Of a stretch of DNA of 64,000 nucleotides, positions 9,110 through 18,616 are shown one piece after another. The DNA lies in contig CAZRRY010000001.1 of NCBI GenBank assembly GCA_964602775.1, positions 75,585-139,584 on the forward strand. Reading direction: 5' to 3'. How positions within the stretch are numbered: position 1 is the first letter of the stretch; each line of letters starts with the position of its first letter. The stretch comes from an uncultured Candidatus Saccharibacteria bacterium. GTDB lineage: Bacteria > Patescibacteriota > Saccharimonadia > Saccharimonadales > Saccharimonadaceae. The notes below the pieces were generated by a model that was not told the DNA's origin, made no database searches, and saw only the letters and a list, made by a program, of their open reading frames with translations. Both the position numbers and the translations under genes were made by a program.

Positions 9110-10021
9110 TTATACGGTATGGCCATGGTGGCTCGACGAAGGCTGCTTGTGTGCAGCTGGTTGGAGCGCAGTTTTCCACGTATCAATATGACGAAGACGA
9201 CGCACGAGAAACGGATGACTACTGAACGTCTGAGCAAAGCGGTTCATCGGACGCTCAGCATTGTACTGCAGCCATTGCCTTGCAGTTTCATTCATGGACT
9301 TTGCGACATCTGGACCGACATGTACTTTGATAAGCGCTTCTTTGACAAGTTCTGGGTCTTCGAGGTACATGAGCGCCAAGCGATCTGCCGTGAGCTCGGC
9401 ACGGCGCGACCAAAAGCCCGCCACCCAGCCGCCAAAGATATTGATAAGTGGTAGCGACAAAAATGGATTGAGATAAACACTGGCATCGGTATGTTTGTAT
9501 TTGATGTGCGCCATTTCGTGTACCACAATTGCTTTGATTTCACGCTGTGTCATGTACCGAATTGTGCCAGAATTGAGCACGATAATATACGGGCGCGCAA
9601 ACCCGAGCGCATAGGCATTCATCACTGGGTCTTGCGTCACAAATACTTCAACTCGCGGCATTGCGAGATCTGCCGAAACGGTATTGACCCAATCTCTCAG
9701 CCATGCATAGCCGCTGTACTCGATCTGTAGCGAGTTGCCGAGTACTCTCTGGCGCTGCATGCGCACCATAAACATACCAAGCCCAAGAATTGCACCAAAC
9801 AAGATGACACTCCCCACTATTGTGCCAAGCAGCCCAAAGATGATTTCGATTGGCTGGCCTTGGACTGCGCTAAATTCTGCACTCGTAAAATACCCAATCA
9901 CAAAATACAGACTCGACGCCACAAAAAAAGCAAAAAATGTCGCCCCCAGCACGACCAAATCACTCGACGAAAACGCTCGCTTTACTGCTTGTTGTCCTTT
10001 TGTCATAGCTCGCGGCTGCAT
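9110..10021 (-). CDS. M48 family (HtpX-like) membrane zinc metalloprotease
   Basis: MNAYA, HEMAH (HExxH), WSRRAELTAD, SHP; start 10021 or 10006. Confidence 0.88.
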   Translation of the reverse strand: MQPRAMTKGQQAVKRAFSSSDLVVLGATFFAFFVASSLYFVIGYFTSAEFSAVQGQPIEIIFGLLGTIVGSVILFGAILGLGMFMVRMQRQRVLGNSLQIEYSGYAWLRDWVNTVSADLAMPRVEVFVTQDPVMNAYALGFARPYIIVLNSGTIRYMTQREIKAIVVHEMAHIKYKHTDASVYLNPFLSLPLINIFGGWVAGFWSRRAELTADRLALMYLEDPELVKEALIKVHVGPDVAKSMNETARQWLQYNAERPMNRFAQTFSSHPFLVRRLRHIDTWKTALQPAAHKQPSSSHHGHTV

Positions 10022-10040
10022 TGGGGTTCTCCTACTACCA

Positions 10041-11270
10041 TTAGTATTCTTTGCGGTAATCAAATGTGCTCGCTGGCACTTCAAACTCTACTGTACCATA
10101 GCCGTCATGCTGCTGCGCCATATGGTACGCGCACCGAAGCTCATCGATCTCACCAACACATTCAAATGGCTTCATGACACCGTCAACACCCAGCAGCCCT
10201 TTGAACGTTTCCTGGAGCGCTGGTTCCGAGTATAAATCCTTGCCACCAAATAACGCCTGCAACTCACGCGCCTCGACAAATGGCGAAAAAAGCAGATATG
10301 AGTTGGCGCACTTTGGGCAGTTGCCACACCACTGGAGCTGCTGGTTGTTGGCTCCCTGCTGATAATTTGCTACGTTGCAAGAACTAAATTCACTTCCAAA
10401 TCGCTCCCAGGCGTACTTGGCGAATAACTCGGCTACTCGTAGTTCAGAGTAGTGACGAAGCGGTGAATAGACGCGTATATCCGGGCTAATGTAGCGCTCC
10501 ACGTACTCCGTGAAGAGCTGGCCAGCCGAGGCAGTTTTTGACCATTGATGATTGACCGGAAGATCACCAACCCAGGCGTGCGGCTCCTCGCCCTCGCGTG
10601 CAATCCCTAGCAGCACTTCATTGTCACCGAGCAAGATTGCCTGAACCAGCGCAAGTGCGCTAATGATATAGGTCACAGGCACATGGCCGTTGAGAGCCCC
10701 CTGCTCTGCTGCGCGCGCCAAGCTCGCTCGGTCGATCGAGCGCGTCGCAACAATTAGCTTATGCGACAGGCCGTCAAGAAGCGCGGGATACGCTGTGCTG
10801 CTCGAGCAATACCATGGATGATATTGCACTACATCTCGCTCAAGCATCGCCGCCACAAGCAGCGAATCTTTTCCGCCACTTTGTAGTACCAGCTTGCCAC
10901 GTTGAGCATAGCTGACAGCTGACGAGCTCGCGCCCGTTGCCTCAAACTGCGCGAGCTGCCGGCGAGATAGTTGGTTTTCGAACGCAAACTGGCTTAGGCC
11001 TTCTTGGTATACCTTGTTGAGAAAGACTGCCTGCCAATCGTCGATTTGTCCTGTCTCAAATACCACAGCGGGGGTCGGAAAACATTTGTAATAAGATGTG
11101 CCGACCAGCAAAAATGCCAAATATAGTGCCCGCTCGAGCGCATCGTTGTCATACTCCTCGTGGGGCATCTCAAACTGCACACGCTCGACAAACTCAATCC
11201 CGCCCGACTCATACACAAAGCGTGCAACTCCCGCCTCAAACCCAAATGAGCGAAAAACGAATCGACTCAT
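10041..11270 (-). CDS. murL: UDP-MurNAc-L-Ala-L-Glu epimerase MurL
   Basis: GTSYYK, SGGKDS PP-loop, LNGHVPVT, VNHQWSK, FSSCN, WCGNCPKC, KPFECVGE; overlaps the murD stop. Confidence 0.85.
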   Translation of the reverse strand: MSRFVFRSFGFEAGVARFVYESGGIEFVERVQFEMPHEEYDNDALERALYLAFLLVGTSYYKCFPTPAVVFETGQIDDWQAVFLNKVYQEGLSQFAFENQLSRRQLAQFEATGASSSAVSYAQRGKLVLQSGGKDSLLVAAMLERDVVQYHPWYCSSSTAYPALLDGLSHKLIVATRSIDRASLARAAEQGALNGHVPVTYIISALALVQAILLGDNEVLLGIAREGEEPHAWVGDLPVNHQWSKTASAGQLFTEYVERYISPDIRVYSPLRHYSELRVAELFAKYAWERFGSEFSSCNVANYQQGANNQQLQWCGNCPKCANSYLLFSPFVEARELQALFGGKDLYSEPALQETFKGLLGVDGVMKPFECVGEIDELRCAYHMAQQHDGYGTVEFEVPASTFDYRKEY

Positions 11271-12559
11271 AGCGCCTCCACCACTTCTATAAATTGATTG
11301 CCGCGGTCAGTAAAGTTTGCAAACATATCAAAACTCGCGCACCCCGGGCTCATCACTACGACATCTCCAGGCTGGGCGTGCGCTCGTGCAGCCGCAACAA
11401 TCTCTTGCATGGTCACATCGGTCAACTGACGAAATGCCGTATATCCGAGCGCACTGAGCTCTGTCGCGATAGTCCCAGCTGTTTCCCCGATCAAAAGCAC
11501 ATGCTTCACCCTGTACTGCACGATCGCTTCAGCCAGCGGCCGATAATCAATGCCCCGATCATACCCACCGGCAATCAGAATCACTGGCCTATCTCGAAAC
11601 GAAGCAATCGCAGCAATTGTGGCTGCATATTGTGAAGAGTAGTTGTCGTCGTAATAGTCGACACCGTCGACAGCACGCACCAACTTGAGTCGGTGTGGTA
11701 GTCCTGTAAAATCACGCAACCCTTGCTCGACTGCTGCTACGTCATCAGTGTACTGGAGCGCAGCACTAATCGCAGCGCAGGCATTCTCTAAGTTGAAGGC
11801 TCCCTGCAAGGTCACCGCGTCAGTCGTGCAAATCCGCTCGTCGTCACGCCAAAAAGCGCCATCACGAATGTATACCTCACCCTCACCACTGTCGGCGTAG
11901 TGGCGCACAGTGCCGGGAGATTGGCGCGCGACCGCATTTGACGCTTTGTTGAGCGGGTGACAAAACACAATATCGTCGGGTGTCTGATATCGCACGATAT
12001 TTGCTTTGGCAGCGACATACTCTTCCATGTCTCGATGCACGTCGAGATGGTCTGGTTCGATCAACAGCACCACTGCCACATGAGGGCTCTTCGTTAGGTC
12101 CCACAGCTGAAAACTGCTGAGTTCAAAGACGACGATATCAGTCGACTGAATCACTGACAGCACGTCGAGCGGCGGCACACCGATATTGCCAACGAGGTGA
12201 ACTGTTTTGCCAGCAGCACGCAGGATACTCGCGATAAAACTTGCGGTCGTGCCCTTGCCTTTTGTGCCCGTCACGCCAATGATGGGTGCGGGGCACTGCG
12301 CAAAAAACTCATTTGTGCTCGACCAAATCATACCATCTGTCACGAGCGCATCTGGACGTACACCCGAACTTCGAAGCACAAGATCAAATCCTTTGAGATG
12401 AGCGAGCGCGTCCTCGCCAGTGATCGACTGGGCACCTTGGGGCAACGGGAATTCCTCACCAATTTTTGGCGTCACAATCGTCACGTCGTCGCCCTTCGCC
12501 GTGTAGTAGCGATAACTCGATTGCCCCTCTGCCCCATACCATGCAATCGCGACTTTCAT
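11267..12559 (-). CDS. murD: UDP-MurNAc-L-Ala:glutamate ligase (MurD; probably L-Glu-specific MurD2)
   Basis: GVTGTKGKGTT, ELSSFQL, GLPHRL, SPGCASFDMF. Confidence 0.93.
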   Translation of the reverse strand: MKVAIAWYGAEGQSSYRYYTAKGDDVTIVTPKIGEEFPLPQGAQSITGEDALAHLKGFDLVLRSSGVRPDALVTDGMIWSSTNEFFAQCPAPIIGVTGTKGKGTTASFIASILRAAGKTVHLVGNIGVPPLDVLSVIQSTDIVVFELSSFQLWDLTKSPHVAVVLLIEPDHLDVHRDMEEYVAAKANIVRYQTPDDIVFCHPLNKASNAVARQSPGTVRHYADSGEGEVYIRDGAFWRDDERICTTDAVTLQGAFNLENACAAISAALQYTDDVAAVEQGLRDFTGLPHRLKLVRAVDGVDYYDDNYSSQYAATIAAIASFRDRPVILIAGGYDRGIDYRPLAEAIVQYRVKHVLLIGETAGTIATELSALGYTAFRQLTDVTMQEIVAAARAHAQPGDVVVMSPGCASFDMFANFTDRGNQFIEVVEAL

Positions 12560-12563
12560 ACGC

Positions 12564-13853
12564 TTACCTCTTGCTTGCAAAAATTGATTCTAGTTTGCTA
12601 TTGAGCGCGACGATTTCTTCTTTTTCACCGCTGCTGACACCGGCCAGCACCCACGTATTGTGAGCAATAAACTCTCTAGCTGTCGCCAGCATCCGCTCGA
12701 GCGTGATACTGCGAATCGCATCGGGCACTTTGTCGTACTCTTTGACAAATCCATCACCAAAATAACGATTACAGTAGAAGCTACTGATTTGCGAAACGGT
12801 CTGAGCGCCCATTTGGTGCCGACCGAGCGCGTATGATTTCGCGGCGTCGAGCTCAGCTTCGGTAATCTTGCCGGCCACGACTGCTTTTAGCTCTCGGACG
12901 ATGATATCAAACAACCCTTCGGACGTCTCAAGGTTGACCTGGCCACCAAAGTCCCACGACGAATCATGGAATCCGACACTTGTATCGCTGAACATCCCGT
13001 AGGCCAAGCCTTTTTTGCGTGCCGCACCATAGATCCTGGAATGCATTGTACCGGTCAGAATTTGATCGAGACAAGCCATTGCTTCTGCTTCATCGTCGCT
13101 CAGCTCGCGAGGCAGTGTCATGCTCCAGCCAAATGTCAGGTTACTGGCTTCTTTGCGGCGGATCAATGTCGGGTTGCCGCTACGCAGCTCGTCACGCGGC
13201 ACATCAAATCGCTCACCTCGCGGCAGCTCCCATTCACCCAGTATGCGTTGGATTTGCGCCTTGCGACCGTCGAGTTTACCTGCAATCACAAACCGCATAT
13301 TGTCAGTGGTGTGCGTGCGTTTGTGATGCTCACGAATGTCTTTGAGCGTGACATTGCTAATCGTTTGCAAGCGCTGCCAAAACGTATAGACATCTTCACC
13401 GAGCAGTTGCTGAATTTTTGGCCAAAGGACTCGGTTGTGATTGTTAAGATAGCCGGTCAGTTCGCTTTTCACGTTGCCCTTCTCGGCATCAAGTTCTGTC
13501 TGGTTAAAGCGAGGCTGGCAAATCGCCACTTGCTGCAAGCGCAAAATCCGTTCCCATTCAAAATCAGCGCAATCAGCCACATATACCATTGAGAGGTCGC
13601 TGGTATACGCATTGTGGTAGGCGCCGTTTTTGGTAAACTCCGCCTCGTAGGCGTGCTCGTCTTTGAAATCAGCATTGGCACCAAACGCCATATGCTCCAT
13701 GACATGTGCTGTCTCATAGATATCTTTGTGCTTGACGTAGCGATTGCCAGCACGAAACTGAAACTGAAAACTCATGACAGTAGCGCCGGGGATATCTATC
13801 AATAGTCCTTTGGCACCGTTTTTGAGTCGAACTTCGGTGGTGGTGTGTTTCAT
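12564..13853 (-). CDS. M16 (insulinase-like) peptidase
   Basis: HVMEH inverted zinc motif, NAYTS, GLAYG. Confidence 0.9.
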   Translation of the reverse strand: MKHTTTEVRLKNGAKGLLIDIPGATVMSFQFQFRAGNRYVKHKDIYETAHVMEHMAFGANADFKDEHAYEAEFTKNGAYHNAYTSDLSMVYVADCADFEWERILRLQQVAICQPRFNQTELDAEKGNVKSELTGYLNNHNRVLWPKIQQLLGEDVYTFWQRLQTISNVTLKDIREHHKRTHTTDNMRFVIAGKLDGRKAQIQRILGEWELPRGERFDVPRDELRSGNPTLIRRKEASNLTFGWSMTLPRELSDDEAEAMACLDQILTGTMHSRIYGAARKKGLAYGMFSDTSVGFHDSSWDFGGQVNLETSEGLFDIIVRELKAVVAGKITEAELDAAKSYALGRHQMGAQTVSQISSFYCNRYFGDGFVKEYDKVPDAIRSITLERMLATAREFIAHNTWVLAGVSSGEKEEIVALNSKLESIFASKR

Positions 13854-13856
13854 AGA

Positions 13857-16487
13857 CTAGCGTTTTTTCTTGCGATTTTTTCGCTCAGCTTTTTTCTTCT
13901 TGCGGGCAACATTGCGCTGGTGATTTACCTCTGAAGTTGTCTTGGCATGTTTGACCGAGCCATCGAAATCGTGGTCGCGGTTGAGTTCTCCGCCAGTCAC
14001 TTCGTTGACACCGCGTTCAACCGCAGATTCAGCCAATCGTGTCAGTTCTGTTTCACGCTCTTCCTCAGCTGCAGCGTCGACAATCGCGTCGGTACGGCGA
14101 ATATGATAGATCAACCGAAGCACTTCGTCGCGCAGGTTTTGCTGTACGCCATCAAATAACTTTTGCGATTCGCTACGGTATTCTACCAATGGGTCGCGCT
14201 GGCCAACACTACGCCAGTGAATCCCCTCGCGGAGGTGTTGCATATTTTCGAGGTGCTCCATCCAGAGGCTATCTAGTACCTGAAGATACACCTGTCGCTC
14301 AACATTACGCATATCGTCTTCGCCAAGCTCTTTTTCTTTGGCAGCGTAGAGTTTTTGTGCTGCTTCAAGTGCTTTTATGCGACGTTGCTTGTCTTTTTTC
14401 TCGGCGCCAATTGCTTCGATCTCTTTGTCATCTAGCGGGATTGCCACATTAAATTCATCTCGAAATTTCGGATTGTTTTTGGCGGGGACCGCTGTCAGCT
14501 CGTGTACTTTCTCAGCAAGCAAGCGCTGAATCTCAGGCTTGATGTTGTCGCCGTCAAGAATCTTGCGGCGCATCGTATAGACCACTTTGCGGTGGCGGTT
14601 GATAACATTGTCGTACTGAACAACATTTTTACGCGTGTCAAAGTTGTAGCCCTCGACACGCTTCTGGGCGGCTTCGAGTGTTTTGCTGACGGCTTTGTTT
14701 TGGATCGCCGTTTCTTCGTCGACTCCCAGCCTGTCCATCAGTGTCGCGATGCGTTCGCCCTGGAAAATGCGCATCAAGTCATCTTCGGTCGAGACATAAA
14801 ACTGTGTGTCGCCCGGATCACCCTGACGACCGCCACGACCACGCAACTGATTATCAATACGTCGAGATTCATGCCGCTCAGACCCAATCACTACCAGGCC
14901 GCCAAGCTCGCGCACACCCTCACCCAGCTTGATGTCAGTACCACGACCGGCGATGTTGGTGGCAAGTGTGATTGCGCCCTTTTGCCCAGCGCGTTCGATA
15001 ATAGCCGCTTCATGCTCATTGTTTTTGGCATTCAAGATCTCGTATTTGATACCTTCTTTGTCGAGCCAACCAGCGATCATCTCGTTTTTGGCGATCGAAC
15101 CAGAGCCAACCAGCACCGGGCGGCCTTCTTGGTGGTATTCTTTGATCGCCTGCGCAATTGCTTTGAGCTTGCCTTTTTCGGTCTTATAGATAAGATCTTC
15201 GTGATCTTTACGGACAAGCGATTTGTTCGGCGGCACCACCACAACCTCGAGTGAATAAATCTGCTGGAACTCTTCGGCCTCTGTAAATGCGGTACCGGTC
15301 ATACCAGAGAGTTTTTTGTAGAGACGGAAATAATTCTGGAACGAAATCGTCGCGAGCGTCATACTTTCTTGGAGGACCGGCACGCCTTCTTTGGCTTCGA
15401 TTGCCTGGTGAAGGCCCTCGTTGTAGCGGTTGCCCTGCTTGAGGCGACCGGTGTGCTCATCAACAATAATCACTTCGCCCGAACCCGTGACAACATAGTC
15501 CTTGTCGCGGTGAAAAAGCGTTTGCGCCCTGAGCGCTTGATCCATATGGTACACACTGCGCACATAATCCGGCGTGTAGAGATTCTTAATACCGAGCATT
15601 TTTTGGACTTTTTCAACCCCAATATCGCTGAGCGCGACACTGCGGCGTTTTTCATCGAGCACATAGTCTTCAGGCACGAGTTTGGCAGCAATTTTTGCAA
15701 ACTGATAGTACGACTCAGGGTTCTCGGCAGCAGGAGCAGAGATAATAAGCGGCGTCCTTGCCTCGTCGATCAAGATAGAGTCAACCTCGTCAACGATGGC
15801 AAAATGTAGGTCACGCTGACGCACCAGCTCGACATCATTCACCATGTTGTCGCGCAAATAATCAAACCCGAACTCGTTGTTGGTACCATAAGTAATATCA
15901 GCCGCATAGGCCTCTTTGCGCGATACCGGGCGAAGCTTTTTCATGCGTGGATCGGTGTGGTGCTCGTTGTCGTACCCGTGATCGTAGACGAAGGACGCCT
16001 CGTTGATAATCACCCCTGTCTGCAAGCCAAGTGCTGCGTAGATTTCACCCATCCAGCCAGCGTCGCGCTGCGCCAAGTAGTCGTTGACCGTCACAATATG
16101 CACGCCTTTGCCTTCAAGTGCGTTGAGGTACGCAGCCAGCGTCGACATGAGTGTCTTGCCTTCGCCTGTTTTGAGCTCGGCGACATTGCCCTCGTGAAGC
16201 ACCATCGACCCCATGAGTTGCACGTCATAGTGACGCTCACCGAGCACGCGCGTAGCCATTTCGCGTACTACCGCAAATGCGTCTGGCAGTAGATCGTCAA
16301 GCGTGACGCCTTTTTTGCTGAGGCGTTTTTTGAGTAACCCAGTCTGAGCTGCCAGCTCTTTTTTGGTCATTTTTTTGTACTTTGGCGCCAGCGCGTTGAC
16401 TTGATCGACTTTTTTTTGCAGACGCTTCAAAATCCGCTTCTGCGGGTCACCGAAAATTTTTGTGAGTGCTTTATCACGACTTACCAT
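13857..16487 (-). CDS. secA: Preprotein translocase ATPase SecA
   Basis: AELKTGEGKT, VTVNDYLA, DEVDSILIDEARTPLIIS, GRGTDI; no C-terminal SEC-C motif. Confidence 0.98.
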   Translation of the reverse strand: MVSRDKALTKIFGDPQKRILKRLQKKVDQVNALAPKYKKMTKKELAAQTGLLKKRLSKKGVTLDDLLPDAFAVVREMATRVLGERHYDVQLMGSMVLHEGNVAELKTGEGKTLMSTLAAYLNALEGKGVHIVTVNDYLAQRDAGWMGEIYAALGLQTGVIINEASFVYDHGYDNEHHTDPRMKKLRPVSRKEAYAADITYGTNNEFGFDYLRDNMVNDVELVRQRDLHFAIVDEVDSILIDEARTPLIISAPAAENPESYYQFAKIAAKLVPEDYVLDEKRRSVALSDIGVEKVQKMLGIKNLYTPDYVRSVYHMDQALRAQTLFHRDKDYVVTGSGEVIIVDEHTGRLKQGNRYNEGLHQAIEAKEGVPVLQESMTLATISFQNYFRLYKKLSGMTGTAFTEAEEFQQIYSLEVVVVPPNKSLVRKDHEDLIYKTEKGKLKAIAQAIKEYHQEGRPVLVGSGSIAKNEMIAGWLDKEGIKYEILNAKNNEHEAAIIERAGQKGAITLATNIAGRGTDIKLGEGVRELGGLVVIGSERHESRRIDNQLRGRGGRQGDPGDTQFYVSTEDDLMRIFQGERIATLMDRLGVDEETAIQNKAVSKTLEAAQKRVEGYNFDTRKNVVQYDNVINRHRKVVYTMRRKILDGDNIKPEIQRLLAEKVHELTAVPAKNNPKFRDEFNVAIPLDDKEIEAIGAEKKDKQRRIKALEAAQKLYAAKEKELGEDDMRNVERQVYLQVLDSLWMEHLENMQHLREGIHWRSVGQRDPLVEYRSESQKLFDGVQQNLRDEVLRLIYHIRRTDAIVDAAAEEERETELTRLAESAVERGVNEVTGGELNRDHDFDGSVKHAKTTSEVNHQRNVARKKKKAERKNRKKKR

Positions 16488-16600
16488 ATGTACCCCTCTG
16501 TCTCCTCAGGTATTTTTCAATCAAAACTACTCTGTATTATACCCTGTTTGAGGGGCAGTTAAAAGAGGATGTATCTACTTTACAACCAAAATTCAAGAGA

Positions 16601-18102
16601 TTAGCGCTGAGCCTTGCGAGATAGACGAAATACAGCGAGACCGATGACACTGAGACCATCCGCCAAAGCAGCAGCGAGGCCAACGCTCATACCAGTTGCG
16701 GCCAAGCCGCCGTTTGTACCAGTGGCGCCTCCCGCAGCAGGCTGCGTGTAGACAAAGGTCGCCACAGCCCCACTGTCAAGAATCGTGACTTGTTGACCAG
16801 GAATCACATAACCATTGATTGTCAGCGGCGCAAGTGTCACGGTCTGACCGTAGCGATAGTAGTTGGTAGGATCAAATACATCGGCTTTGTTGTCCATCAC
16901 CAAGAAACGATTGATGTTATTGCCCGCATGTGTCTCCCCCACGATAAATGCCGATGGCGCGAGATGATTGCCGCTCTGGTCAACATACTAAACAGTCAGT
17001 GGTGTTGGGTCGATGATCTGCCCTCCGATACTGACTGAATCATTGATGCCGTCGCCATTGAAGTCAAGGGTTGTGATCGCATTTGCTTCGTCTACTAGCC
17101 CTTTAGGATTCGTATGATTGACAGTCATCAGCTGTGCATACCAAAGCTTGTTGACTTCAGCCAGAAACGTCGCGTTGTCTTGCGGATCACCGTTCTGACC
17201 AAGCAATGTTTCGGTCCACATAATCGCCGCTAATCGTGAGCCCTGAAACGAAAATGCGTCAGGCTCAATGGTAGTCACCGAAGCGGGGACCTGTACTTCG
17301 TTGAGGAAGTTGCCCGCAAAGGCGGAGGCAGGGATAGTTGTGAGAGAGTTTGAGAGTGTTAGGCTGGCGAGGTTGTTGACAAAGAACGCACCTTCGCCGA
17401 TTGTGGTGACTGAGTTTGGTAGCGTAAGACTCGTCAGTTTGTTGTCGTAAAACGCCCGTATGCCGACGTCTGTCAGTGTTGAAGGGAGCGAGACTGACGT
17501 CAGCCGGTTGTGCGCAAATAGATATACCGGAAGTGTCGTTACACCATTCTGGATATCAACACTTGTAATATTATTTTGCTGGAATGTACCCTCATCGTAG
17601 GTCACCCCTTGGTATAGGGTAACCGTGGTTAGCTTGTTATCGGCAAATGCCCCCGCCCCAATCGTTGTCGTACTCGGAGTAATCGAAAGTGATGAGATCT
17701 GATTTGACCCAAATGCGTTCAACTCAATATTTGTGACCGATGATGGAATTGTAATCGATGTGAGTTGGTTGTTCGCGAAGGCATTAGCCCCGATAAAGGT
17801 CACCGTACTTGGAATAACGACAGACGTGAGCGATTTACTTCTGAAACCGCCGTTGAAACTATTGGCAATTTCGATGGTGGTTGAGCCACCCAGGCTGCTC
17901 GGTATATCGACATCTCTCGGGCAGGCAGGGTTTGCCGGATTGTTACCTTCGTTGTCATAGTAGTTGCCTATCTGAGCAGCAGAGCCGTTGACTACATATA
18001 AAAACAGCTTTCCGCAGTCGCCGCATACGCCTTGTCGCCGGCAACCAGACCGATCAGCGCCCATGCCCCAACCACTACGCCCACAATCAATTGTTTTCTC
18101 AC
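16601..18102 (-). pseudogene. BspA/TpLRR (LRR_5) surface protein, disrupted by a 1-nt deletion and an in-frame TAG
   Basis: GTG start at 18102 with SD and signal peptide; frameshift at the T5 run 18000-18004; about nine 22-aa LRRs; in-frame TAG at 16988-16990; C-terminal LAATG, TM and basic tail. Confidence 0.85.
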
Positions 18103-18202
18103 CTGTTTGTCTCCTTTGTCATCTGATACAACCCTTACTCTACTGTTCGTACTTCAGTATACAGCAAAGCATAAGTGTTATTCAAGGGCAGCTGGATGAG
18201 TC

Positions 18203-18583
18203 TTATTGCTCCCTAGCGTAACTTCGTTTGAACCGGCTCAAGATACCCCGCTTGCCAATATGGGGCACGCTCTCTGTCTTGTACTTGCGAAGCTGCGCCG
18301 CAAGTTTGGCCTCGACAATATCGACGGCGGCCAAGACGTTCATCGTTGAATCCTTGGCGGTGATAGTTCTATCTGGGACATATATCAGCACCTCTACCTC
18401 GTATTTGTTGCCCTTGTCACGGTTGACTTCGGCAATCTTGACTTCTGCGCGCATCGACTTGCGGGCATGACGCGGAGCCAGGCGCTCAAGTGCACCGATC
18501 TTCTTGGTGATGTATTTTTTGGTAGGCTCGTCAGGACTATATGTTCCAAATCCTGAGATATCGACATTTGCTATCATGGGCAA
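18203..18583 (-). CDS. raiA: Ribosome hibernation factor HPF/RaiA
   Basis: YITKKIGAL, AAVDIVEAKLAAQLRKYK (S30AE fold). Confidence 0.88.
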   Translation of the reverse strand: MPMIANVDISGFGTYSPDEPTKKYITKKIGALERLAPRHARKSMRAEVKIAEVNRDKGNKYEVEVLIYVPDRTITAKDSTMNVLAAVDIVEAKLAAQLRKYKTESVPHIGKRGILSRFKRSYAREQ

Positions 18584-18616
18584 CCCCTTTCGTGCTTAGC
18601 CGTATTTGTGTCTTTA

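Noticed and set aside
9030-9110. Programmed +1 frameshift in prfB
   Set aside because: No CTT-TGA site; the ORF is continuous from the ATG at 9101
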